A DNA stretch of 64,000 bases, from positions 10,292,001-10,356,000 of the forward strand of contig OZ281499.1 of NCBI GenBank assembly GCA_965637545.1. The letters run 5' to 3'. Below the pieces are notes generated by a model. That model searched no databases. It worked only from the letters and a program-made list of their open reading frames with translations, and was not told the origin of the DNA. Each line of letters starts with the position of its first letter. Position 1 is the stretch's first letter. The DNA is from Phallusia mammillata (Eukaryota). Shown in pieces: positions 37,353 to 51,300 of the stretch. Position numbers and translations under genes: made by a program.

Positions 37353-37927
37353 TCACATTTCTAGTAAATTTTGAAAAACGAATTGATTATTGCCGCCAGC
37401 CTCAGTGTGAAAAACAGTCATAAAGGAATAGTTTTACATTAATATAATTTGTTCTTATTCTTGTGCCAGCAAAGCCGCATACTTTCCCATGGTGGTTTAG
37501 TGATTCTATACTAATCGTCAAAGAAACAAAAAATAAAATGCTACTAAATTGACGAAAAAATGTAGCACACAACAAAAGACAAGCTGTTTAAGTACATCAA
37601 GTCATGACGAGGGTGGATCTACATATATTTTGTAAATCATAATGCACTGGAAAAGGGTGTTTTTGAGCTGATCAGTGCCCGTAGTGACCTCATGCAAATA
37701 TTTGTATTACTTTTTCCGGGAACAATACGTTTATCGCTCTTTCGGAAGCAATCTGGTCATGTGATCAAACTATCATAGGTGACTTGTGATTTTTTGTCTC
37801 CATTTAAAGTTTTGGGCTTTTCATATTAAGCATTGGGAGTTGACGCATTAATAGATGATTTTAACATGTATTGATTGAATACAAGCTGATAAACTGTTTT
37901 TCTTAAAAATGTAAATTTAAGTTTTGC

Positions 37928-38031
37928 AACCCGGCCCGAACCCGGCCCGAACCCGGCCCGAACCCGGCCCGAACCCGGCCCGAACCCGGCCCGAACCCGG
38001 CCCGAACCCGGCCCGAACCCGGCCCGAACCC
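37928..38031. repeat. Perfect 11-bp tandem array (AACCCGGCCCG) x 9 within a MITE ending at 38226
   Basis: Nine exact units 37928-38026 plus AACCC. The same motif occurs singly in the MITE at about 21295-21325. Confidence 0.95.
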
Positions 38032-39769
38032 TAATCGTTTTTTTAAAGCCCAAAAGTTTGATTGCGTTTAAGGGTTGTTGGACATTGGGTTTAGTCCAGC
38101 AAATAGCTACTTAGCTAGGATATTTAACTTAACAGAATGTGAACTGACCTGATAAGCCTGGCCCGAATCAGAACATGGCCCGAATCAGAACATGGCCCGA
38201 AACGCACCGCCTGACTTACGACTCTGTTTCAAAAGGCTATTTTGAATCAGATGAAATTTCAGTTTGTTTGCATTTTGCTCCTCAAACATGCGGTATGGTG
38301 CGATGTAAAGTTTATTTCCGAACCGCACGCTCTATGCTGCATCAAATAACACAAACCCAGAAACAAAGCTGTGTACGTTTAAACCGATTACAAAAAAAAT
38401 CATTTACGTACAAGGCAAAGCAATGCAAAGGTGGTTTGATATTGCAGTTATTATTCCAAACCTATAGCCGTTTTTAAAATAACATAAGTTCACTTAAGGA
38501 TCGTGAAGCAAAATATGATAGTGAGAAGATTAAGGGTGATAATGTATTACTTCTATTTTAATTTCTTTACCGTATTTCTAAACGATTTTATTGATTCTTA
38601 CTTAAATGTATGGGGGTAAGCTGTTGAAGATTGGCAAGGGGACTTTCTTTTTCGGTTTAAATCCTAGACAGACCCATTACACTTACGTCATGCAAAAACG
38701 CTACAGATGTGTGTTAAATTCTCACATAACTTTTGTTCTTCATATTACTTAATTTAGAGTCGTATATTAGGCCAAGTTTTTGCAAAAAGGGGCCAGATTC
38801 GGGTTTGAGTTTATTTTCTTTAATCTCACCTTTATTTTCACGGATTTGCATTTACACAGGTTATGTATTGATTTGTTGCATACATTCGAACATTCTTAAG
38901 ATTTTCATGCAGATGAGGCAATTTGGTTAAGTAATTAAAATTCTGTGTTAGTTTAAACATTTTCAACTATTCAGATAAAATGTATCTTAACGTATGAATT
39001 TCACTCAACTGCAGCTCCGTAAGTGCGATATCTGTAAAAACTAGATTATTTGGAGCAGGTTTTATAGATATCAATGTGAAACACGCAGCCTTTATGTGTC
39101 CGCGTTTGTTTCGGGATTATTCGACCAAACTAATTATTTTCACGGGGTTCGAACTTGGAGCGCCAAGTTTTTATGTCTATATTTGGGTTTGGTGTCACAG
39201 ACCATTTGACCAAGATCCGTCAAGCATTTGTGCCTAACCCAACAGCGTTCTCTTGTGGCAAATTTGTTACAGATTAAATGCGCATGAAGACTGTGCGGGG
39301 TTTGTCTACGTTCGCTTCCAAATTACAATTCAACAAATTTCATGCAAGGTATAATAATTTCAAGAGTCATTTTATTATTAATTGACCTTAATTCAACAGA
39401 TAAAATGCAAGTATTAGTGTAACACGATCTGAATTGATTTATTAAGTGTACGTAATTTGTTTGGAATATTGCTTCCATTTTAACCCTGTTCTGAGCACGA
39501 AAAAAGGTTGTTATTTTATTGGAACAATTCCGCAAAGTAGGCAAAACATAGACAGAGAAAGGTTATTGAGAGAAATAGAAAAGCAATGGCTTAGTTATGG
39601 GTTTGTTTTGGTTAACAGTCATGATGCTTTTGCTTAAATGGCAGCAGTAGACTGGTTCAATACGTATAACTTAAACAATACATTATATGCAATGCTTGAC
39701 GTTTACTCTTAAGTCTTAACTAAAACTAAACCAACATCCGAAAGCACCGCAATCACGTCATCCGGTTTA

Positions 39770-40160
39770 ATTTTGCCCCGTCCATCCAATCCCCATTTAC
39801 GTCAACAAATCAGCACTCCAATTAAGCGAACAGGCGCAGTGGACATATTTAGCGCGGCGTCAATTTAGCAGCGGGATACGGCCGACGTCCAGATGCCCCT
39901 GAATTGGGGGGTGGGCTTTGTTTTCCACCAGAACGCGGCCCGAGACCTCGCTACGCCTTTATTCCATTGTCTTCGCGCCCAAGACTCGGCACGCGTCTCG
40001 TTACACAAACAAACGGGTGTGGGATGGCTGGGACGCAAGGCAGATGGACTTCCACAATGCCTAATAACATTACGCCTCGCTGGTGACGTGCGGAGAGCAC
40101 ACAAGAGGTCATGTGATAAACGCGCCGGCCAGGCACGGCTCCAACACTTCAGGTAACGAT
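39770..40160. promoter_or_regulatory. CpG/GC-rich non-coding block upstream of Onecut (candidate enhancer)
   Basis: GC and CpG visibly above the local background; no credible ORF; CAGATG E-boxes at 39890 and 40041. Confidence 0.35.
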
Positions 40161-42579
40161 GCTTGTTTGTGTGAGTGAGAATAACCTCTGAACATTTTTA
40201 GATATTTACGAGATTGTTGTTATCTTTTATCAACGGAAAATTCACCCAACTTACATTTATACTGAAACACGATGCTACAACCATTTTATGGATTATTTAT
40301 TTATTTTTTGAACATCAGATTTTCTATATAGTTTCTAGTTCACAACTGTCAGTAAAAAACAAGTAAAACGACAACACATTTTGTTTTGATCAACGGTAAA
40401 TATAGTTGGAAACTGTACCTCACGAATAAGTAGCTCGGTTGATATTTAACACACATAGAGAAGACATAATGTAAGCCAGTAACACCACATACACCGTAAA
40501 CCTAACTTGGGGGAAGACTAGATTCGCCAAGGTGTTTTGGCTGTGTAATTTTCCAAAGAAAACGTTGTTTTTCTTGTTGTTGTTTATATGAGACTGTTCG
40601 CCTGTGCGTTATAGGCAAATTACGTATTATACATGTTTCATTATTTCGGTACAACCAACGAAAACACCTAAAATGAGATTTTTAATTAAAAAAATTGAAC
40701 TCAACATTTATTTTACAGAGCTGATGTGACGTTAATCTCTATACAAAACCAGATTTACCACAAGGAATCGGTGTTTAACCTGGTGCATAGAACGAAACTC
40801 GCAATTCCTTAGAGTTATTGTCATTATAGGTTGACGTCATTGTCTTGTAAAACCACAACCCGCGTCGTTTGATGACATGCACAGCTTGCAATGAAGGCGA
40901 TAATCTTCTACTTGCACGTGTCGCAAATCCCCACCCTTGGTCACAGTGTATGGGTTTTAGCATTTTCCGCTGGCCATTAGGCGACGAAAATTCCTTGATC
41001 TACGGTACAAGGGCTTACTGCACCCACACGCACGCCATTTGTCGTTTTGTGTGCAATTAGTGGTCTGAAAATAGAACACAAAAGCTTCCAAAATATGGTC
41101 CAATGGAAAAATTCGTTTTGTAACGTTCGTTAGTAACATGCTTCATCACCGACGTAGTAAACTCAAAAATAGGATTGTTGATTCTTTGTCCGGATTGTGT
41201 GGAATTTATTAGGGAACCATATCTTTTTCAATACTAACCTGCAGCTACAACAAATATGTCACGAAATTATTAACCATTTTTGGTGTATGTTTTCATCAAC
41301 TCCTATACAAAAGCATTGTAAAGCAAATTTGTCGGAAATAACAGCGTTTAACACTACAACGATTAAAAATACTAAAAGCGGAAGACATATGTGGTTTTGG
41401 GAGAAAATTTCTTCGTCCCTTCCTGCGATTTAAAAACCACGATTTAAAAGCCAATCCCTTTTTCATTTAAGCGATTTAAATAAGCGTTGTGCCGTCTGCC
41501 AGAGTCGGTGTGTACATAACAGGCTTATTTAAAGGTAGTGAAATTAAATCGCGTATTCAAACAAACCACTTGGTTGCCTTCCCTGGGACATATATTTTTG
41601 TCCCGTATGACAGACGTTGGTACTTGCCGGGTGTCATTGAAAAAATCTCGTTTGGAGATTATTAGACTCTTCGTAAACCCGTATAGTCTTGGATTTCTGC
41701 ATGTGGATAACTTGCAACATGGCTAAAGTTAAATTTGGAATTTAAAAAACCTAAAAAACAAATTTATTTTTCAAAAACGTTTAACAGGTTTTACTCCATA
41801 CCTCAAGTAAATAGCAAAATTAACGATGGTACGTAAAACCAACAAAGCAGAAAATAAATGTATACACCTTGATTATTCACAAATGAACTCCTTTCACACA
41901 ATGACTGTAGAGCATTTCGAATTGCAATATATAAAATGAAGCACTGTGGCTGGAGCTTTTGCAATACACATAACGAGTCTTGGATCGACAAGGCCCACCA
42001 GGGTGAAAACAGAATAATACCGTCGATAGAGTCGGAGAACGGCTTTAATCACAAAGATCTCACGCAGAGATTAAACATAATCCCTTATTGAAGAACACTC
42101 ACCCAAAACAGCTACCGTCGACGTCCATTAGCTTTGTTATGAAAATGTGTGTTTTCACGTTGATTGGTTCACATTATAAACCGCATGTCAGGGCACAATT
42201 TTGTTTCTGATATTTGAATTTCTTGTGTTCTACTTAAAATGGTGGTTGGATCTTTTTTCTGTAATTATTAGCGTGAATAGTTCAAATGCCAGAACAAAAA
42301 TAATTATTTGTATGGCTTGAGGTACATCGTGTGCGCAGAAAAATGTGGCATACAATTTAAGCAATAGATCTTCAATCTTTGTTTACAAACCTAAAAGACA
42401 AACGACTGTCAAATCTTACAAAAACAAACCTCTTTGTTTATTGTTCGTACGCGACATGTTTCATAATATATTATTTTGTAGCATTCTCAGAATCACAAAA
42501 TACTGTACTTTGAACACGCGAATTGTTAATCAAATTTTAGAATGATTTAATTAATATGCAAAGAAACGAAGTTGTACAA

Positions 42580-43060
42580 TTTGAGTGCACATACACTTGC
42601 CGTGGTGCAATGTTTCCCAACGGACACAACACAGTACTCCGTGTATTCTCGTAACGAAGACGTTCTGCTTGCGTAGCGGCGTAAGGCAGTGACGTCACGG
42701 TTTTGCCATATGTCAGCGCCCTGTCGCTCTGTCGTGAAACATATGCCCGTCTTGTTGCCGATAAAGCGCTCGCCTCCAAACCCCCTCGCTTGACGGTTTG
42801 ACGCTGCAACTTATCCCTGAGCAATCAGGCCTGAAATCGTGGCCTTGTGCGCAAATTAGCCGGGCACTTTCGCAGGCAGCGAAATGGGCACGTCCGGCGT
42901 GGGACAGTGAGTGACGAAAAGGTCAAACGTCGAACGGTTTGATCGGGTACCCATGCACCCAAACTGCCGTAACACAAGCGTTGCAACTGTTTCATTTTAG
43001 CATAAGCTTGGCCCGCCACGCCTACAAACGCTTTAGGAAACACCAAATTAGCACAACTGC
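42580..43060. promoter_or_regulatory. CpG-rich non-coding block upstream of Onecut (candidate enhancer/promoter)
   Basis: TGACGTCA near 42690, two CATATG E-boxes, high CpG density. Confidence 0.35.
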
Positions 43061-45394
43061 ACTAAAGAACGTGTTATAGTGTGTTACGTGGCACGGATGT
43101 TTTGTTTGATTGCAAACACTATCAGCTAAAAATGTCCGTATTTGAAACTAACAGTTGGTATTTTGCCGTTACGCATTTGCGTAGCCCTGCCCGGTTGGTA
43201 GAGCTCAAGCAAATGAACACATCACGTTTTGTGTTTTTGATACATAGGTTGGGACGCTATTTTTAAAACTGGTCTGCACCAGAGTCACAGAAATAGTTTC
43301 ATTTAGCATATGGTGATGTATAAAAAGCAACACCAGTCTAAATTGATGGTGCTATTGACCTACATTTATTGATTAAAGAAGTTACTTAGAAATTCTGTTT
43401 ATAGTTAAGAAGAAAAACCTACGATAAACTGCTTACATATCAAATAAAGATACATAATGTATTACTTTAAAGATAAAAAAATAATGTAGCATGCACAACA
43501 GGGTCGTCTAGGGTAGCACCAATGAGCCCACAAAGCAGTAAAAAAGCACGATCTTGTGAGTAGGACAAATCTCATCGCAATGACAATCAAACAAATTTAC
43601 CACAAAAAGCGAAGTTACCGACATTATTGCAACCATTGCGAACAACAACAATAACAAAATTCAAATTTTAGTTACTAAAAGTCTCAGTGACGAAACATAT
43701 ATATGTTGTATAGCAAACGTTTTGCTTTTTTAGAACAGAAAAGAAATATGGATAAATCAAACTATCACATACTTTGCCGATTTACATTATAAGAGATCAT
43801 TGATAAGAAAAACTCAAATATATATGCATTTAAATTATTAGGTATCAGCAGTCAAACAATAATTTTCCTGTCCAATATGGGACAGTCAACGCAAATATAA
43901 AAATGATTGTATGTGTGTGTTATAATTTAATTGAATACCCATACATGTTTTAGGGATGACGTATATAGGTCGAAAAACACAGTTTTGCTTGTTTCGTTTT
44001 CCGAGAGTTTTCGCTTTCGAATTTTCGTTCATCTCGCCAGAGCGGTCACATTGCGCCCTTCGGCCCAGCCAGGGTGCACGCCCGCAAAACGCGGTAATCA
44101 GTGATTACAGAAGCGGAATGAGCGACGGGCGATGTAAAATAAGCGCCACGGCTTTCCCATCCCTCGACCTAGGGCTCTCGACGCGAGCTGGTGCCGGGAT
44201 TGAAAAAGAGAAAAAACAACGATGGAAAAAAGCCGCCAGATGCCCAATCGCTCTCGGGCCGCTGTGCTACACTCGCTGTTGCCATTTCGGGTTTGGAACC
44301 AAACGGGAAAGGCAGGTGGCGGAAGCTGTTATTTGCTTTTTATGTCGTATTACGACAGTGGTCGCTATGTTTGAGAAGGGTTAAGGTTACCGAATGTGGA
44401 TTCCGCGTACCAGGAAAGGAAGTGTTTTTTTCTTATAGTTAGCGAGAGTTGTTTGTCATAGAAATATTATTTTTGTTTCATGGTGGGGATTTTTTGCTTA
44501 AACGGCAGCTTCTAAAATAGATATTAACAGTTTCAAGACGTTTTCATATGTTATTGTTGTGAACCTAAAATGGCTTAGAATTGTTTTGCCAGCGTTCGCC
44601 AAACGATGTTCTATCGCCCGTATATTTGCGTTTTATAAGTTTTACAAAAGTTATCTACCAAAGACTTATTTTTTAAGCAGTTCAAACGATATTTTTTTCG
44701 AAGTACGACTTTAAATGATTTGCGCTGATTTCTAAAATAAGCCCTCAACAATATAGCGAGGTCGCTTGATTCAAATAAACATTCGCGAAGCAACTTGTTT
44801 CGCTTTGATGTCGCCAATTAGACTGAGGATGAGTTCGTTTGTTGAGGACTTCTTAGCGGGGTTTCAAGTATCGAATAAAGAATTGTTTGACGGTAACATC
44901 AAGAAAATGACTCCCACCCGTTTGAGTATTGAATTAACCATAGAGCGTGTGTTCAACACCCGTTATTTGAAAATGCTGTCTAATTTCAGGCCTCACGTCC
45001 TATTGGTGTAATATATTGGCATAAAATATTAACCTGGTATCAAATTTAATAGATGATTCTAGAAGTAAATGCTTGAAAAGGCGTAAAAGCAGCCACCAGC
45101 ATTTCAATACTAAAATACGTCTAAAAACGCATTTTAATATCGAATAGAAAACGAATTCTGCACTAGATATGTTTTGTGATGTATATTTTCACCAAAGGAG
45201 ACAACGTTTAATGCGAAAATTACTATTTAAAGATTTTTTACCATTTGTAGTTTTTGTTTTTAAGTCAGATATGCTTTATGTACATAACTAAACTCCATTT
45301 TCATTATTTAGCATTTGATATTATCTAGCAGTACTCACAGGCACAACAAGTGTATAGCAGCCAAATCTCGCTGCCCTGTTTTGAAGTCAGGTTT

Positions 45395-48300
45395 ATGCCA
45401 ATACCCTTCGGTGTTCATCCCCAACCCTGGGTCGACTCCATTAACAACACTGATAACCGGCATCTAACCAATCAGCAGCAAGACCAGTTTGCAGATCAAG
45501 GATCAATGGCGACAACCGCATCCGGAGAGTTTAACGGATTCAGTCACCTTCATCACCATCATCACCATCACAGTTCGGAGCAGTATTACCGCCACGAGCA
45601 TTATCATCACCACTTTCATCACCCAACCTTTGACAATAACTTTCCATCTTCTGGAGCTTACAACGATCGCGCTGTCAGCCCACCGCCGGACGTCCAAAGC
45701 CTTCAGTATAAAGACTGTAACGGACAGAATTCTCTTCATCCAGGCTCCACCGAAAAAGAGAAGCGTCGCGATGAGAACCGGGGTCACTCCCCCAACTACT
45801 TGCCACCGATCGCTGACGCTCTTTTGCGACGGGATAACGTCCAGGAACTAAAGAAAATTCAAGGCCAAGTTGACGAGACCCGGTGCTCAGCGAATGATAG
45901 TTGCACTAGCTTTGGAAACGAAGACAAAAGCGCTGACATTACAGACTTGGAGGATTTATCCGCAAACACAGTTTCTGCCCATGGTAAGGAAAAGAAAGAC
46001 GGAGACAAGGTAGAAGACGGCCCCGAGGACTTCTCTGTAAAGACTGAGAGCGAGCACGCTGAAATGACGTATTTTACACGCAACTTCAACCCGTTTAGCA
46101 GCGTTAACAACCGCAGCCAACATGAAGATTTGAGTGGATTGATGTCAGTCGACACAACAGGATCAGTTGAGGCTTTCTTTCGTTCCGAACCGTCGCTTTC
46201 GAGTACCTCAGCGCAACCTGTGGAGAGTGTGACAACCCTTGCGGCGTCCGGGCACGATGGCCCCAGTTATGCTACGTTGACGCCCCTGCAGCCTTTGCCT
46301 CCCATAGGGACTGTGGCCGATAAATACATCCCGGCCAACACAAACAACTACGCCACTTTAATGCAGCAGGAGAAAGCCGACCCTTACTCTAAAATGGGTG
46401 GAATGGGTCACAGTCTTCCCCCACTGTCCAACAGAATGATTCTTAACGGTTTGGCAGCACAGACTAGAGGTGGAATGCAGTCACAAGCCGCCCTTGACGC
46501 TGTTAACCATGCTGCTGCCGCGGCTGCAGTTGGCCTATCTACGCACTACAATAAAACCGTATCAATGTTGCCGTCCAACATTATTCCACCGCCACCTCCA
46601 CAGACTTCTAATCACTATGATCCACACATGTTTAGCAGAATCGACCAATGCAACGACGCAAGTGCGGCTCTTCAAGGCGGCCCAGTATTTCCGCCACACC
46701 CAGCCGCCTTTTCGCACCAGTACCCGAACACTATCCACGACTTTGCTGCCAATGTGCAGGTCAGCTCACCACCCGAGAGAAGAAACCTGCGCTCTGGGTC
46801 GGACCAATGCTCTCTTGATATGCCTAAGACACGTGGCCAAGTTCAGGAAAGATCTAACAGCGGCGGGAACGGGAACACATCAAGTTCCTCTCGTGTTCAG
46901 CAAGTCGAAGAGGTGAACACCAAGGAAGTGGCGTCGAAAATCACACAAGAGTTGAAGCGATACAGCATTCCACAGGCCATCTTCGCACAGAGAGTGCTGT
47001 GTCGTAGTCAAGGAACCCTTTCTGATCTCTTGCGCAACCCGAAACCTTGGTCCAAGCTGAAGAGCGGACGTGAAACCTTCCGCCGAATGTGGAAGTGGTT
47101 ACAGGAACCGGAATTTCAACGCATGTCCTCGCTGCGTTTGGCGGGTGAGTGTAAGTTTCACCACGATTTTTTATGTTTATTTTGGTTTGATTTTGTGTTA
47201 TCTGTCCGTTGGGTTTTGATTGCCTAGCTTCTCGTAATCAAGATTTTGGCAAACTAATATTAACAACATTTTTAGTGTTTTTATTTTTATTTTCAAACTT
47301 TCTTTGGCGGTAATGTTGGCACAAAACCAGTTCATTTTTCATTTTTTTTTAAACTATTTTTTTCGCGTGGCTTATCATATTTGAAAGATAATTGTAAGGG
47401 ACAATTACACAAGTATTTTTAGTTTCAGACTAAAAAAATCCAATATTTTAGAGGCGGGGTTACAGACTGTTTAAACGATCGTGTGGCAAATCGAAATAGT
47501 CGGCGACCAACGAGGTCAATCAAACCCACACAAAATCGTTTAGTTACATAATCGCCTAAATATCAATTGAGTGATATCTGAGGTTAATAGCGATGTGAGA
47601 ACCGTTCACACGGTCCCATTGAAATCGACCTGCAGCCAGCGAAAGCCGGGTCCTTAACCCAACACTTTGCAAAACACAAACAGTCGATATTAAGATGTGC
47701 TCGACGGTCGACAATCGATTGAATTTAACGATCATTTTTGTGTTGTGGCGGGAACTAGGAGAAAAGCCTCGGATATTTGGGGACAGTTTCCGACTCGATT
47801 GATTTTAGGTGAAACTTTAATCGCATGTTGTGAGCGATTTTTCGCGCCCTTTTGGCGGCCCGTATCGGTTGCCTAAAATGTACCTGTCGGTTACAAAGAC
47901 TAAACTTGAGTATTACTGTATAAGCCTAAATGAAAAAAAGCTTAGGTATCAAAGAGTCTAGCGTTAAACCATGACGTTTTTTGTCATTTCTTGTCTTTAA
48001 TAGTATTATTAGTCAGCTTAATAACGCCATTTTGACCAGACTCTTTTATATATCTAATAAAAAAGAGCCTCTTGAAATGCGTTTCCAACAAACATCAATC
48101 GTTTGATTGTATTTGACATAAATGTGCAAGAAATGGCAATCTTGCCATTGTGAGAATGAAGCGAAATTTTTAGATGTAAAATCGGTCTGCCATTTTGAAT
48201 ACGCATTTGCTTTGGTAAAATACGCCAGCAGGTCGCGACCTGTGTTCGTCCATCCGACAAGTCATTACTGGCGCGCAGTCTAATTACGGCAGATGGGGAA

Positions 48301-51300
48301 TCGGGGCACGGACAGCAGAGCAGACCACAATGGTCCAGCGCACTGATTATATCCAGCTCGGCCAGTCGCCCAGCGCGTATGTTCATTACTAATGACATGC
48401 TGAGGGAAATAGCCTGACCATGCCGCCGTTGCGGTCCACGGGTCTCCTGGGTATTGGCGCGCGCCTCATAATGAAGTGCCCGCTTCTAATCCCCGCCTGG
48501 CACGGCATAGTGCACCAGGCAACGATGTATTGCCCTGTAAACAGCTCGCCGCGTTTTAGAACCTAATGCATCATGGAAAACCCCTTGGACTGAAGACAGT
48601 CCTTATCCCTATAGGTCTTTGTTGCCAGTTATTAGAAATTTAAGCAACATCACAATGTTTTTCCGAACCTTATTAGGGACAGGACCATTTTTGTCCCAGT
48701 ATTACTATTGCCTTGATGTAGTAAAAAAACAAATAATTGGTGAAAAAATATTGTCACGAACTCACGTTAACCGTTCACCGAATTCGAGTCCACGGACCCG
48801 AGGTTGAAAAACTTGCTTTAGAAAGTAAATACTTGTACACATTATTAAAAACACTTCGTCAAATCCTATTAAAAAAATTAAAAAATTGTTCTGAGTGTGT
48901 CCTGACCTTGTTTTGACCAGAAACGATAACAGCATCACGTCATTGTGGTAACATTGACAAAAGCCTTTTCGTATTTACTAAGACTCCACTCTTACTATAC
49001 AGCGCTTTATGTTTGCATAAGGGGAATTTTAGGAAAAACAGGATGCAATGGGTTAAGCATGTCGGTTTTCCACAGACAAAAGAGCGTACATCAGATTAGG
49101 TTGGGGCTACTTTCTAGTGGTACAATAAGCAGAAGGAATGGCCAAGGCTTTTGCATCTTACTCCGTCTCTATCTGGCACCTGGCCTATGTACCCTATCGA
49201 TTTTTTTGGACACGAGCCGCCCGTTGACGTAACAGCACCCTACCATTATGCTCCTGCAATCCAGAGTCTGACGTCATCTCACTAGAGTCGAAATAAATAA
49301 CGGCAGCCTGTTTCTGTGATTAAAACCTGTTATTCGTGTAGAAACATAGGTAACTTAATTACTACATACACGAGCATCCGCAAGCTACGTTGTATCTCAC
49401 TGTCATATGATGTCTTTGTTATACAGGGTCGGAAAAGTATTTAAACTTTCAAAGTATAAAATTAAAGTAAAAGGAAAGCCACTTTTATAAGTTTTATGCA
49501 TTAGTTTATGCTTTAACGTCGTGAGTCACCAAGTTTGAATCATAAGATCGAACTCTTTGTGGTTAAATGCAAGCTACTGATGGCTTTACAAGTTCAATCC
49601 TTTTTTGGTGAAAGGTCAGACAGGCATACAATGTCAAAAGAAAACCAAACAGAATTTCAAACTATTGAATCCACAGGTCTGCGTTTTAAACAAACAAAAC
49701 CTCTGAAAAAAAACAGGTCTTTGCAAACTATTTGTTTTTTCAACATTGTGAGTTTGTGTACATTTTTCGCGGCTTTCGCTAAGCGAGTTTCACCCCGCGC
49801 AAAAAATCGTTTTCAATCGAATTTTTAGCGTCAACCAAATTTCAACAATGAGTGCGTGGGGTCACAAAGTCCCTGTGCAGTGCCGCCATCCCCAACGAAA
49901 TCGGCGTCAACCTCTTAAATTAACTTACCTAACAACAAATGCGCTTACAAATCTGCAGCCGTGTGCTAATAGCAAAATGCGGAAATAGAGGATTTACAAA
50001 GCATACCCCAAAATCGGATTACACTTGGAAAAAATCTGTTCAAAAGGTTGTGTTTTATCATGTATTCGCATATATTCTGGTATTGTGCGCTACGTTTGTT
50101 TAAAGTACGTCGTTTTCCGAATAACAGCTTCCATTCCTCAGCCGCGGGAAATTCGCAATCATTTGAGGTCGTGTCTGGGGTCAGGGTCAGAGTAATAATC
50201 GATACATTCATACCGTTTCATGTAAGCGACACAAACCTCACTAGGTCAAATGTGATGACGCAGTAATAAAGATTTGAATTAAATCGACTGCCTATTTTTT
50301 CTAAGAGCAAATACTGTACGTTGCAATATTATTCACCGTTAAGGCAAATTTGATGACTAAAATGTTTGACTTTTTAATGTTTTTAAGCTTTGTATATTCA
50401 ACACAAAATGCAAATTTCTTGTTTTTTGTACTTAATGGGTTTCGGTAAATTGCTTAGTTACACCCAGTTGGCTGGATGACTCTTTCAAGTGAACTTTACA
50501 GGCGTTTCGTGAGAGATACATTTACCGTAATGGCCACCGTACGAAATGGCTTCTTGGCCCTCCGAGCCCGAACGAATGACCAACGCAATTTCGTGGCATT
50601 CGCAAACTGCATGCTAGTGGTTCCCAAGGGCGCGAGAACGTCCGAAAAAATCGATACCCAAAACTGCATACTCATTGCACAGGAGTGAACTGAAGGCGCG
50701 GGTATAACGTCTTGCTTTGGCCGTCGTAGCTCGGAGCAAGAGTCGCTGAGAATATTGAAAATGGCCTGCTCGCTTGACAACATATGTGGCTGACTGCCTC
50801 GAAACATAAAGTACCTCAGCCAGTCATATTTAACTTTATATTTTCTGGTAACAAACTACAGCCCTATAAGCGCTTACGGACGTGGAAATATTTGGCATGA
50901 TAGTTTAGCGGCTGTTACTTTAACGTTAATTATTTTGGTCGCTGATATAAAACATACGTAAATACCAGTGTGAAAAACAAACGGTTTTTTTATTTTTGCT
51001 TTGCGGGCTTTGGCGTTTATTTTACATTCAAATTTAAGTCACACAGCTTTTGGTAAACTGTTCAATATGTTTAGAAAAGTTTCGGTTTTATGCATTTGCG
51101 GCAAAGAAAGCACATACGCTTCCTTACTTAATTTCTAATAATGTAGTCTTAACTCACAACAAATAGCTTCAAAGTACTCAGACAAAAACTCACAGCTGAA
51201 AATATGTTTTGGAAGTTCCATGGTTTTGTGGTTGATTTCGTCCAGAATAACGACATGGACAACGTTTTGGGGTGTATCTTTTTTGACCACTTTAACAAAT

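Noticed and set aside
2365-38031. Short direct-repeat arrays as CRISPR-like loci
   Set aside because: No unique spacers of regular length and no cas genes; the context is eukaryotic with spliceosomal introns.
37826-38053. ORF with RVRAGFGPGSG repeats
   Set aside because: Simply the translation of the 11-bp tandem array.
45489-46916. Overlapping and antisense ORFs inside Onecut exon 1 (45489, 45503, 45859, 46470)
   Set aside because: Shadow ORFs caused by the GC-rich, low-complexity coding exon.
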